DNA of 64,000 nucleotides from an uncultured virus (IMG/VR IMGVR_UViG_2861330777_000001) (IMGVR_UViG_2861330777_000001); one strand, 5' to 3'; numbered from the stretch's first letter, positions 45,949 to 54,755 are shown. Numbers and translations: made by a program. The notes: generated by a model from the letters alone, not told the origin.

Positions 45949-48189
45949 TTATTCGTCCCCCTTATTTTTAAACCACTCGCCTACTGGAACGCCTTCGCCC
46001 CATCTCCGCATTACCTCGATATCGGTTCCGTTTGGAACTACGTCGCCCCAACGATACGAATTAACCATGATATCGCGAATGTCTTCCGCCTCCTCACGCG
46101 TAAAGTCCTCCGGAATCTCAAAGATAAGCTCATCATGAACGGAAGACCACATCGACCATCCCGGCTTTTTTGCGCAATACTCATGAGCTCGAAGCATCGT
46201 TACTTTCGTCTGTACTGACGACGATCCTTGTACGCGCGCATTTGTCGCTTGCCTAAATGCCGTACCTATCTTTGCGTTGTATTTGCGTTCCTCGCGGTAC
46301 TTATCGTCCCAATATCGTCCATAAGGAATGTTTTTACGTTTCCATTTCGCTTCGGGCAGGCGTCGTTTACGGTAATTCTCATCCGTCCACACAAAGCCGT
46401 ACTTTCGAACGAACTCTTTATTGCCTTCAAGCCAAGCGTTTAATTTCGGCATACTCCCAAATAAGTCCGCCTTAAATTGCGTCGCCTCTTTCGTTGAAAT
46501 ACCAAGTGTTGCGCCAAGTGATTTATCGCTCATTCCGTAAAGTGTCGCAAGCCATACGAGTTTCATTTGCTTACGCTCTTTCGTGTCACTACCGTCCTCA
46601 TTCTTGTTGACTTCCTCATACGGGCGCTTATAGAAGTTTGACGCCATCATTGCGTAAGGATCACGTTCTTCAAGAAAAGCGTTAATTAGAACGGGCTCAC
46701 CTGAAAGATACGCCACACATCGGATTTCCTGCGCTTTAAAGTCCGCGCCAACTAAAACTTTGCCCGGCGGAGCAACAAACATCGGACGTGCTTCCGGAGG
46801 CTGATTCTGTACGTTAAATTGCTGATTATTGGTCGAATCCTCGTCCTTGCCCGAACTAAAGCGCCCCGTAACGGTGCCCATCGGGTTAAATCGAGAATGC
46901 CATCGCTTAGTCGTAGGATTCTGCTTTAACGGTAGCGTGTCGATATACGTGCCGCTCAATTTCGTAATTTTCTTGTACTCCAGCAGTTTCGCGACAACTT
47001 CGAAGTCATTCGCCAAAGGCTTGAGCGTCTTTTTCGCATCCATGTTCGGAATTTCCTGGCCGATAGCTTTCGAAAGTGCCGGACGCATTTGTTGCGTCGA
47101 ATTAAGATTCAGTACGTCGTCCCCAGCGTGAAAGGTAGTTAGAGTTGCGACTAGTTCCGCACTAAGTTCCTCGGCACGCTTTCGTAGATGCTCACCGTAC
47201 TCTTTTGCGAAATCTAGATCGAGTATATAACCGTTCGCCTCTAAATCGACGATTACGTAAAGTAATGGCACCTCGACAGTTTGATAATATTCGAGTACCG
47301 TGGGCATTTTCGCCATATGTGAACGCTGAAACTCGTATAGCCGCCAAGTCAACTCGGTATCTTTCGCAGCGTAAACTAAAGCAATATCGAGAGGGACTTC
47401 CTTGAATTGCGCGTCTCTGCCGAATAATTTGTCGAAAGTGTCCGATGCCACGCCAAGATATTTCGGGGCCAAGTCTTTCAGTTTGTACGACGGTTCGTTT
47501 TCGTTAAGCAAGTGCATCGCAGTCATCGTGTCCCAAGCAACGCCTTTAAGGTCGGAGCCGTGCCGCCTAAACATCGCAATATCGAACATGGCGTTGTGCA
47601 AAACCTTGCCGATCGATTCGTCGTTTAAAACGGCTGCCAAACCGTCAAGCACGAAATCTAGCGATAATTGAATCGGAGTATCATGGTCAACCGGGATGTA
47701 AACGTGCTTATCCGCAATCGGAAGCGAGAAGGACATGCCGACTATTACGTCAGTGTAAACATCTACGCCCGTTGTCTCAGTGTCCACCGCGATAATCTGT
47801 TCGCTTGCCAGCTCCGCTAACAACGATTGGAATTGCCGTTCCGTCGTTATTAATTCGTAATTAGCCGGTGATTCCTCGACCATCTTTCGCAATGTTTCTT
47901 CGCGCTGGCTTTCCGCCAATACTTTGTACATGCGGAGTGCTTCTGCCTTGCTAAACCGTTTTGCAGCGTCAAGGGGCGACCTGCCTATCGTGCCCCTCGC
48001 CATTGCCGTTTGTACTTCGAGTAGTTTTGCCTGATCGCTATCCGAGTTCTTCATCGATAGAATTCGCAGCCACGCTTCCTCTATCGTCTCGCTCGCCGCC
48101 GTTTTCTTAGCCGCCGCCTTTTTGACTCGCTCCGCAGAATCCTCCGTCGGCTTTGTCGCCAAATTCAGCCGTAATTCCATCTCCGCCAC
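45949..48189 (-). CDS. polA: Family A DNA polymerase with 3'-5' exonuclease
   Basis: DTETTG, HNAMFD, TGRFSS, DFKAQEIR and VHDE motifs. Confidence 0.95.
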   Translation of the reverse strand: MAEMELRLNLATKPTEDSAERVKKAAAKKTAASETIEEAWLRILSMKNSDSDQAKLLEVQTAMARGTIGRSPLDAAKRFSKAEALRMYKVLAESQREETLRKMVEESPANYELITTERQFQSLLAELASEQIIAVDTETTGVDVYTDVIVGMSFSLPIADKHVYIPVDHDTPIQLSLDFVLDGLAAVLNDESIGKVLHNAMFDIAMFRRHGSDLKGVAWDTMTAMHLLNENEPSYKLKDLAPKYLGVASDTFDKLFGRDAQFKEVPLDIALVYAAKDTELTWRLYEFQRSHMAKMPTVLEYYQTVEVPLLYVIVDLEANGYILDLDFAKEYGEHLRKRAEELSAELVATLTTFHAGDDVLNLNSTQQMRPALSKAIGQEIPNMDAKKTLKPLANDFEVVAKLLEYKKITKLSGTYIDTLPLKQNPTTKRWHSRFNPMGTVTGRFSSGKDEDSTNNQQFNVQNQPPEARPMFVAPPGKVLVGADFKAQEIRCVAYLSGEPVLINAFLEERDPYAMMASNFYKRPYEEVNKNEDGSDTKERKQMKLVWLATLYGMSDKSLGATLGISTKEATQFKADLFGSMPKLNAWLEGNKEFVRKYGFVWTDENYRKRRLPEAKWKRKNIPYGRYWDDKYREERKYNAKIGTAFRQATNARVQGSSSVQTKVTMLRAHEYCAKKPGWSMWSSVHDELIFEIPEDFTREEAEDIRDIMVNSYRWGDVVPNGTDIEVMRRWGEGVPVGEWFKNKGDE

Positions 48190-48192
48190 CTC

Positions 48193-48387
48193 CTAACCTC
48201 GCGGATGCCGTTTTGCTTCCTTAATTGGTCGCGCCATCTCCCGCCAGTAATCGCGCTCCCTCGCTATCATAGCCTTTTCGTCCGCCAGCGCACAGTCAAT
48301 GTCGTGTAGCAAATCACCTGGCAACTGAACGCCTAGCTTCGTTTGCATCAAGTAGACTAACCTCTGCTTCGGCGTAAGGACCGCCAT
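48193..48387 (-). CDS. Hypothetical protein
   Basis: RBS AGGGGAGG. Confidence 0.65.
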   Translation of the reverse strand: MAVLTPKQRLVYLMQTKLGVQLPGDLLHDIDCALADEKAMIARERDYWREMARPIKEAKRHPRG

Positions 48388-48431
48388 AAACCCGCCTCCC
48401 CTTTATGCGTCATAAGTCCACCACCCCGCCC

Positions 48432-48623
48432 TTATAGGTCGCATTGGCCTACGTTCATTCGCCAGTATTCCGCTGCAAGCACCTCGGCGTGGTCCGCAAA
48501 CCATTCGACGAAGCAGTCGCGCCGGCAAAAATGCTGATCGCGGTGCTCGTCGTAGTGGGCCGAAGTGCCTTCGTGCAGTGGTGCGGAGCATTGCGTGCAG
48601 ATTGCGGATAGTGGCGCCTTCAT
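48432..48623 (-). CDS. Small zinc-finger protein
   Basis: CTQC...FCRRDC; ATGA coupling. Confidence 0.7.
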   Translation of the reverse strand: MKAPLSAICTQCSAPLHEGTSAHYDEHRDQHFCRRDCFVEWFADHAEVLAAEYWRMNVGQCDL

Positions 48624-49213
48624 CGGTCGAAACGCGCCTCGACTGGCGTGATTAGTTCGACGGAATCTTTCATATGTTTATTTCCGCCAGGGCCTCTTCT
48701 TCCCACGACATTCACCGCGAAATTAAAGCTAACTTCTGTAACTTCGCCAATGTCACCCGCCATATTTCTAGAACCCAACGCACGATCTTCCGTTACACGC
48801 ACGATGTCGCCTTTCTTGAATTCGTTCGGCTTGCGTCCAATTTTCGCAAAGCGCACCACCAGCTCCGCCTCTTCTACTACTTTCTGCGCTTCCTCTGCGG
48901 AAACCTTTTCGAGTTGATGCGGCGCAAACACATCGCAATAATCACTATTGAGTTTCTTTGCACGGAAAGTATATCCGCTAATGCTTATACGGTCAGTCTC
49001 CGTAATTTCAACGATTTCGCCGTCTGATATTTTTATATATCCGTAATTAGTCACTTTCGCATAGTCACCGACCTTTAACGGCTCGAGCGCCGGACCTTCC
49101 GTTATTGGTGCTAGGTCGAAATGGTCGCCTAACAACTCGTTCAATTTGGCGTATTCTTCTACCGTAGTTTCGATAACCGATCCGTCCACCATCGTAATTT
49201 TTATCATATTCAA
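48620..49213 (-). CDS. Hypothetical protein with two KOW/SH3-like units
   Basis: LKVGDYAKV and FKKGDIVRV. Confidence 0.7.
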   Translation of the reverse strand: MNMIKITMVDGSVIETTVEEYAKLNELLGDHFDLAPITEGPALEPLKVGDYAKVTNYGYIKISDGEIVEITETDRISISGYTFRAKKLNSDYCDVFAPHQLEKVSAEEAQKVVEEAELVVRFAKIGRKPNEFKKGDIVRVTEDRALGSRNMAGDIGEVTEVSFNFAVNVVGRRGPGGNKHMKDSVELITPVEARFDR

Positions 49214-49635
49214 ACCGCCTCCGTATCTTTAGTTACGTAAATATCCCGATTCAGCGCGATCGACAACTCGACCCACCGCTTGCTTGCCCGCGCCTCACTC
49301 GACCAATACTCGCGGATTTCTCTGTTCTCGAACATAAACACGCGCGGTACTTCGCCTTCCTCCGCCAATACCCCGATAAAATAATCAACGTCGGACTTGC
49401 TATACGTATTTCCGCGCCCATTCGTAGCGTAGACAACTAATTCTCCGTTGCGGTCAGCCCGCTTGCGAATCGTTTTGACCTGAAATTTATATTCTTCGCC
49501 ATTGACCGGATCGACCGCCTTTAAATCGAACGCCTCGGCGGTACGGGTACGCGAAACTACATACCCATTCGCCATGAGCGCCAATTCAGCGGCCAGTTCG
49601 GAGTATACTCCTATTACCTCTGTTACATGCGCCAT
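49210..49635 (-). CDS. PD-(D/E)XK endonuclease-like protein
   Basis: G..SE, FDL, FQVKT and YSKSDVDYF motifs. Confidence 0.75.
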   Translation of the reverse strand: MAHVTEVIGVYSELAAELALMANGYVVSRTRTAEAFDLKAVDPVNGEEYKFQVKTIRKRADRNGELVVYATNGRGNTYSKSDVDYFIGVLAEEGEVPRVFMFENREIREYWSSEARASKRWVELSIALNRDIYVTKDTEAV

Positions 49636-49763
49636 TATTTTACCCTCCTATTTACGCAAACTACCATCTTAGCGTACAATTTGGCGCTCGCTTTTTTGTT
49701 AAATTCGTAGTAGGTCGTCACAATAACGGCGACGGACCTCGTTATTCCTAAGGCGATAAACAT
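49635..49763 (-). CDS. 42-aa hypothetical peptide
   Basis: ATG after TAGGGGG; TAATG coupling with the downstream gene. Confidence 0.5.
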   Translation of the reverse strand: MFIALGITRSVAVIVTTYYEFNKKASAKLYAKMVVCVNRRVK

Positions 49764-49775
49764 TCGCAACGCCCC

Positions 49776-49928
49776 CTAAATAATTACGTACAGTGTGGCG
49801 AAAATAAGGACTGGCATAAGGAGGAAAACCGCTAGAAGTCGGTCGCCTTCCTTTCGCTTTTCGTCTGCCACACTGCTAATTACCAAGAACGCTAGAAATG
49901 CTACGGAATACCATGCTAAAATCGTCAT
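49776..49928 (-). CDS. 50-aa two-TM membrane protein
   Basis: MTILAWYSVAFLAFLVISS...LLAVFLLMPVLIFATLYVII; TAATG coupling. Confidence 0.7.
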   Translation of the reverse strand: MTILAWYSVAFLAFLVISSVADEKRKEGDRLLAVFLLMPVLIFATLYVII

Positions 49929-50128
49929 TATCTTTCACCTTTGTAATCAATTGCGACTACATGCTTTTTGCTTATTAATCCGTTGTATACTCCGAAATAT
50001 TCGCCTTCTTCAATACTCAGTAAGTGAATATGAAGTTCGTCGTAGTTTGTAATTTCTAAGTGTGTCTGTATTTCTACACTGCGTTTTTCGCCTGTAACTA
50101 GCGTGAAAGTAATTAAATAATTTTTCAA
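49928..50128 (-). CDS. Hypothetical protein
   Basis: 66-aa ORF with upstream RBS-like sequence. Confidence 0.65.
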   Translation of the reverse strand: MKNYLITFTLVTGEKRSVEIQTHLEITNYDELHIHLLSIEEGEYFGVYNGLISKKHVVAIDYKGER

Positions 50129-50143
50129 TCCGCCTTCGCCTCC

Positions 50144-50938
50144 TTAAAAGTTAAATTCGTCCTTCTTCAACTCTTCGCCGCCTTCGCCTTCCTGCGTACC
50201 TTCTGCAATATTTCCGCCAATACTCAGCCCGATGAGCGTGATATCAAATCCGGCTGCCACCAAGTTCTCAATTTGCGATTTCTCGTCCGCTTCGAATAGC
50301 AGTCCGTCGAAAAGTTTCATATCAAACGCCTTGCCGTCCTGCTTCGCGAAGTTCTCGCGCTCTTTGTCCGTTAGCTCCTCATCATCTGGATCTAGCGAAA
50401 GTGGCGATAACATTACGATCGTACTCGTACTACTGCCCGTCTTCTCAAGTTCGAACGCGACCTTTCCGAGCTTCTTTTCGTTCTTTTTAATAACGGCGTG
50501 TACTCCTTGCGCCTGCTTTTTCGAAAGGTCGACGATAATTGGCTCGCCAGTTTCAAGGTTAATGAAGCCTAGCGCGAAGCGTTCCTTGGCGCGATACTTG
50601 CCTGCTTCCGTTTTGTACTCTTCAGCTTGCGTAAAGTTACCGGCGTCTTCGGCTTTCCGTTTTAAGTCCGAATAGTAGTTGCTCGCAAGATCCCACGGCG
50701 TAAAGTTTGATTCCGCAAATCCCCGCGCATTCTTGATTGACGGGTTAGCCGCCACGAACGAATTGACCTTCTTAAATATTCCGTAGCTATAGAAGCGAAT
50801 CAAGTCCGCCGTTCCCATGACGCGAACCTTATACGTAGTGCCGGACTTAAAGCTGGCGAACTCCGCCCCACTTCCGCCACCTTCGTTTGTTGCGTTAAGC
50901 GAGTTTAGTGCGTCTGCTCCGGATAAATATTGACTCAT
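50144..50938 (-). CDS. Phage single-stranded DNA-binding protein-like (gp32-type)
   Basis: Acidic C-terminus ending EFNF; size and position upstream of polA. Confidence 0.65.
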   Translation of the reverse strand: MSQYLSGADALNSLNATNEGGGSGAEFASFKSGTTYKVRVMGTADLIRFYSYGIFKKVNSFVAANPSIKNARGFAESNFTPWDLASNYYSDLKRKAEDAGNFTQAEEYKTEAGKYRAKERFALGFINLETGEPIIVDLSKKQAQGVHAVIKKNEKKLGKVAFELEKTGSSTSTIVMLSPLSLDPDDEELTDKERENFAKQDGKAFDMKLFDGLLFEADEKSQIENLVAAGFDITLIGLSIGGNIAEGTQEGEGGEELKKDEFNF

Positions 50939-50971
50939 TCAATCGTCCCCTTTTCGTTTAAATGTCGAGCT

Positions 50972-51120
50972 CCGGATTAAATCCCGCGCCCCGTCGTAAA
51001 GTACGAATCTCTATGTTCGAAACTACGTCAGCGTTAAGCCCTGGAGGTTTTATAACGTAGCGACTCGATTTACTTAACGAACATCTTCGTACTCTCCGAC
51101 GGAGGCAGGCGAGTTAACCG
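50972..51120 (-). ncRNA. Structured RNA leader upstream of the SSB-like gene
   Basis: Four nested complementary blocks plus one crossing pairing (see findings). Confidence 0.55.
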
Positions 51121-51215
51121 CGCCACTTCCGTATTACTTGCGTTATTTCTTCGCTAAACATGACCGCAAGCAGTCCGATTTGCATAATTGTACCGAATAT
51201 CAACGTTGTTAACAC
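51114..51215 (-). CDS. 33-aa membrane peptide
   Basis: GTG start overlapping the upstream stop; MLTTLIFGTIMQIGLLAVMFSEEITQVIRKWRG. Confidence 0.5.
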   Translation of the reverse strand: MLTTLIFGTIMQIGLLAVMFSEEITQVIRKWRG

Positions 51216-51727
51216 TTCCCTGCCTCATGGATTAGGTAACCTCGTGAGTTAATCGCAGTATGGTTGTACTCGTCACGTTCACGCTCTAACGTTAAACCAA
51301 GTTCACTTATTGCCTCGGTCACTACGTCCAACTTCTTCTGTATCTTCGCTTTTATGGATGGTGATTTTGCTTTTAGTTGATTTAAAGTAAGCGTTGCTTG
51401 TTCAATAGTCGCTTCCGCTATCTTAATAGATAGTTCCCGCTCCTTCTTTTTTAACTCGCGTTCAGCCCTGCGTAATTCACGTTCAACAATCACAGAAATT
51501 TTCTTACCGAAAGGTAAATCTTCCGCGACCAAAATCGTAACAACTTCAGTCCCTTGTACCACAATTCTCTTACCTTTGTGGTCATAATATTGCTGTCCGC
51601 CTTGCGTTCCGAGTAATCTAGCGTTCATTAATAGTTGATTAAACCAATTTTCGGCGTGCTCCGAACTAATTCCGAAACGTAGAAGCGCTCTATCAACTGC
51701 ATGGGGTCTTACTGTATATTTCTTCAT
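51209..51727 (-). CDS. Hypothetical protein (HAxxR motif plus coiled coil)
   Basis: PHAVDRALLRFG N-terminus. Confidence 0.75.
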   Translation of the reverse strand: MKKYTVRPHAVDRALLRFGISSEHAENWFNQLLMNARLLGTQGGQQYYDHKGKRIVVQGTEVVTILVAEDLPFGKKISVIVERELRRAERELKKKERELSIKIAEATIEQATLTLNQLKAKSPSIKAKIQKKLDVVTEAISELGLTLERERDEYNHTAINSRGYLIHEAGKC

Positions 51728-51879
51728 CCGAGCCGCACCACCTTAACTCCGCCGATCCTTACGTTATTTGGTGCTATTCCCGTTTCATTGCGAATCGGGT
51801 CGTGCAGATAGCGATTTAATTTTCGCAGAAAAGGTGTTTGATTTCCGGTAGTTCGGGCAGACTGTTTACTAGGCTTCAT
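51724..51879 (-). CDS. 51-aa hypothetical protein
   Basis: RBS CGGAGGT; ATGA coupling with the downstream gene. Confidence 0.6.
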   Translation of the reverse strand: MKPSKQSARTTGNQTPFLRKLNRYLHDPIRNETGIAPNNVRIGGVKVVRLG

Positions 51880-52051
51880 CGTAATTACCTCCGTAAGGTT
51901 GATTATTTTTCGAAATTGTCGTAGAATAACATTCGTGTCGGCTGTCGTTTATAGTCGATACAAAACGTATAGCATTTTATATACAAAACGAATATAATGA
52001 TAATAAGGGATCGCGTAAGACATATTGCCTATTTGCCTTACGCCCTTATCT

Positions 52052-52678
52052 TTAAAGCGCAACTAAATAGTCGCGGTAATCTCCGTGCTGTTTAGAATTA
52101 AATTTGCCCGCCAGGCGATTTAATGTGCGTAATACTTTCGAATGGTGAACTCCTAATTCCTTCGCGATTGCCGTCGCTGTTGGTTTCGGATGTTCGAGGA
52201 ACGCTTTAACGATTGCCGTCGTTACTTCGTCCGCCCCATTCAGTAAGGAGTCGATCAGCGCCAACTGATCGGCTTTTTTCTTTGCGGTTACGTGCGCTTC
52301 GAGGTTGAATTCATCAGCGATTTCGAATCGTGAGGTTGCCGCCTCGTCATCGGTTGCTGATTCGTAAACTTCGAAGCTTCGTCGTTTGGTAAGTTTTCTT
52401 AGTAGCGAATTGTATCGTCTGGTAAGCTTCAAGTGAAACAATTTTACAAAATCTCCGCCGTTTACTGTGATATCGTTTACCGCACTTATGAATCCGTCAT
52501 CGAACAACTCTAACATATCGTGCTCATTTGCCATCGATGTAGATTTACTCCAGTAATCGAGTTTCGGTCGATATTCTGCCAGTAAATCGCGATATAACTT
52601 CGATAGTATGCCTTCACCCTTTTCGTCGATATATTTCTCTACTAGGTTATTAATATTTAGTTTTTTAAGTTCGTTCAT
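52052..52678 (-). CDS. Phage sigma-factor-like protein
   Basis: Region 2-like helical N-half and C-terminal HTH TAIAKELGVHHSKVLRTLNRL; 208 aa. Confidence 0.65.
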   Translation of the reverse strand: MNELKKLNINNLVEKYIDEKGEGILSKLYRDLLAEYRPKLDYWSKSTSMANEHDMLELFDDGFISAVNDITVNGGDFVKLFHLKLTRRYNSLLRKLTKRRSFEVYESATDDEAATSRFEIADEFNLEAHVTAKKKADQLALIDSLLNGADEVTTAIVKAFLEHPKPTATAIAKELGVHHSKVLRTLNRLAGKFNSKQHGDYRDYLVAL

Positions 52679-52700
52679 GTTATCTCCCCCTTGTACTAAC

Positions 52701-52729
52701 TATGTCGCACGAGTTTATACTTTCGCGCA
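52701..52729 (-). promoter_or_regulatory. Phage-specific promoter-like motif, one of six copies (others 15625-15653, 40140-40168, 40182-40210, 63574-63602, 63634-63662)
   Basis: TGCGCG-N10-CT-N3-GCGRCWTA with invariant spacing. Confidence 0.8.
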
Positions 52730-52852
52730 ATTTTTATTAACTTTTCTTTTGGTTGTCTCGTCGGCTTATCCATAATATAGCATGACCAATAGGAAAATAT
52801 TTGAAAGTAAACAAACTTTCAATTCTGATATTTTGTTTACTTTAGTGAACAT

Positions 52853-52880
52853 AAAAAAAAGACAACCACTTCGGGCTGCC
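52853..52880 (-). terminator. Intrinsic terminator after the aimP-like gene
   Basis: GGCAGCC-CGAAGT-GGTTGTC followed by T8. Confidence 0.8.
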
Positions 52881-52907
52881 GCATCCACATTATTCAATTA
52901 CTTAGGC

Positions 52908-53021
52908 TTAGCCTCCAACCTTTTCAGCTGCTGTTGAGATCCCACCATCACCGTTGCTATGCGCTATTGGATTTATAACTATTGTCGATACGAGCAAAAC
53001 ACCTAATAAAATTTTCTTCAA
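52908..53021 (-). CDS. aimP: Arbitrium pre-peptide MKKILLGVLLVSTIVINPIAHSNGDGGISTAAEKVGG
   Basis: Signal-peptide-like N-terminus, C-terminal hexapeptide ending GG, overlaps the aimR 3' end, RBS AAAGGGG; absent from ORF track. Confidence 0.85.
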   Translation of the reverse strand: MKKILLGVLLVSTIVINPIAHSNGDGGISTAAEKVGG

Positions 53022-54174
53022 ATTCAACATCCCCTTTAGTTTCGATTTTGAAATCAATAAATTCCTCGAGCATCTCAGATCTATCCCCTAATTTACGTAT
53101 CTCTCTTGCTGCTAAACTAGCGAAAAAGTAATTGGACTGTTTGAAAAACGATTTTCTGCATTCGTGCAATTTTTCCGTAGTATTTCTTGCTATCGCTCCA
53201 AGTAGTACTAAAATATCCTCCTCGCCTTGTTTAAATATTGCCTCCTTTATTAGTTTTAGTTCGAATTCACTCCCTTTATTACTCTGTAATCTTTGAAGTA
53301 TCGGGTCCGAATCTGCATCTAGTTGAACGTTCAAATAAAGTTTTGCGAAGTCTAGGTCCCGCCGAGCGTTTTCTTCTATATCTTTCTCGCCGAGTGTTTT
53401 GGAGATTTCATATCTAGCTTGAAGATAGTTGATGCTTTTAACTTCATCTTCTGGCAAGTATGTCATCCCTAATATATATGTCGCACCAGCAACAGTTTTC
53501 GCGCACATATCCGCAGAAATTATTCTGGTTGCGTAATATCGTGCAGAGTCAATATCGTTCAAGTGAAGGCTAACGTGTCCTAAAACTTCTGCAATTCTAT
53601 GTAAATAGCACTCTTTGATGAACAAGCGTCTTTCTCCGAACTTATTAATAGAAGCTTCCGCCTCTTTGCCTGTTTCTAACATTAAGTGGTACTTTTCTAC
53701 GTAATAGTAGTTGTAGCATTTGATAATATTGGCTAAAATAGCTAACTCTCCTTTTAACTGTCCGACTTTTTCTAGCCTCCAAATTAAATCCTTCGCTCCG
53801 ATTTCATTTGTATAAAAATCATATAAGATGGAATATACAGAAACGTACTTACCCATTATATCCTTCTCGCCGCGATACTTCTCGATTAATTCCCTAAGTA
53901 GTTCTATATTTCGTGTTACTGAGGCATATTCGAAACTTTGTTTTATGGATTCAGTTGTATTTAACCGTAAACACCAAGATGACATAACTTCTTGTTGATT
54001 TTTAGGAAAAAGTATAAATGATAGTCTTAATAATTTGCGAAAACTAATCCCACCGTCATTTATGAAATTCGAGAGTTCTTGCCTATCACACCCTATAAAG
54101 TCAGCGACTTTACTTATGGTTAAATGATCATTATCCTCAATGATGTTGCCGATTTCTTTATGGAGCTTCTGCAT
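52957..54174 (-). CDS. aimR: AimR-like RRNPP peptide receptor (HTH plus TPR)
   Basis: N-terminal XRE-like HTH, IKQSFEYA motif, TPR-like helices, 405 aa, followed by a secreted peptide gene. Confidence 0.85.
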   Translation of the reverse strand: MQKLHKEIGNIIEDNDHLTISKVADFIGCDRQELSNFINDGGISFRKLLRLSFILFPKNQQEVMSSWCLRLNTTESIKQSFEYASVTRNIELLRELIEKYRGEKDIMGKYVSVYSILYDFYTNEIGAKDLIWRLEKVGQLKGELAILANIIKCYNYYYVEKYHLMLETGKEAEASINKFGERRLFIKECYLHRIAEVLGHVSLHLNDIDSARYYATRIISADMCAKTVAGATYILGMTYLPEDEVKSINYLQARYEISKTLGEKDIEENARRDLDFAKLYLNVQLDADSDPILQRLQSNKGSEFELKLIKEAIFKQGEEDILVLLGAIARNTTEKLHECRKSFFKQSNYFFASLAAREIRKLGDRSEMLEEFIDFKIETKGDVEFEENFIRCFARIDNSYKSNSA

Positions 54175-54245
54175 AGTAATTTCCCCTTTCCATAAATACG
54201 TATAGATTTTCCATTAATTTCTGTTATAATTGAATTGTATCATAA

Positions 54246-54265
54246 ATGTTCACTTAGGTGTACAT
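54246..54265. promoter_or_regulatory. Palindromic operator ATGTTCAC-N4-GTGTACAT (related copy at 52833-52852)
   Basis: Lies just downstream of extended -10 TGTTATAAT (54222-54230). Confidence 0.6.
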
Positions 54266-54279
54266 AAATTTAGAAGGAT

Positions 54280-54492
54280 GTGGAAATTATGATAGACTTT
54301 TCTCCTCTTCGTAAGACTTTAGAAGAAAAAGACATGGTAATTAGTGACATGAGGGACGATGTTCTTCACCCGAAAACCATCGCGCAAATCAACCGTAATG
54401 GCGACGTCAACCTAAGCACCATCGAAAAGATCTGCGTTCATCTAAACGTACCTATAGAAAAAGTCGTCCGCATCGTTCCAGACGACAAATAA
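54280..54492 (+). CDS. XRE/Cro-like HTH regulator
   Basis: DFSPLRKTL...VNLSTIEKICVHLNVPIEKVV. Confidence 0.88.
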   Translation: MEIMIDFSPLRKTLEEKDMVISDMRDDVLHPKTIAQINRNGDVNLSTIEKICVHLNVPIEKVVRIVPDDK

Positions 54493-54504
54493 TATCGCAA
54501 TGAG

Positions 54505-54735
54505 GTGAGCGCCACGACTTCCGTAGTCGCACGGTGTTTACTTCGAGATTTACGTGAATCTCGTGGCCTGACGCAGCAGCAACTCGCCGATCGCGTCGGC
54601 ATGTCGAAATCCACCATTTCCGGCTACGAAAATTTACGTAATATCATGCTTGTCACTACCGCAAAAGTCATCGCCGACGAACTCAGATGTCGTATCGATG
54701 ACCTATACGAATGGCTCGAAGTAGACCACCGTTAA
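54505..54735 (+). CDS. XRE HTH regulator
   Basis: LRESRGLTQQQLADRVGMSKSTISGYEN. Confidence 0.88.
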   Translation: MSATTSVVARCLLRDLRESRGLTQQQLADRVGMSKSTISGYENLRNIMLVTTAKVIADELRCRIDDLYEWLEVDHR

Positions 54736-54755
54736 TCGAACGGGTAAGAAATGCG

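Noticed and set aside
52696..52773. 25-aa ORF MDKPTRQPKEKLIKIARKYKLVRHS as a candidate aimX
   Set aside because: No RBS, ATG abuts the putative -10, and it overlaps the promoter motif; not fully excluded
52750..52868. 9-bp complementarity TGGTTGTCT/AGACAACCA with the terminator arm as an antiterminator
   Set aside because: The complementary block lies downstream of the terminator on the transcribed strand, so it cannot act co-transcriptionally; too short to support a trans effect
54246..54265. Operator as a LexA/DinR SOS box
   Set aside because: Does not fit CGAAC-N4-GTTCG; half-site order and spacing differ
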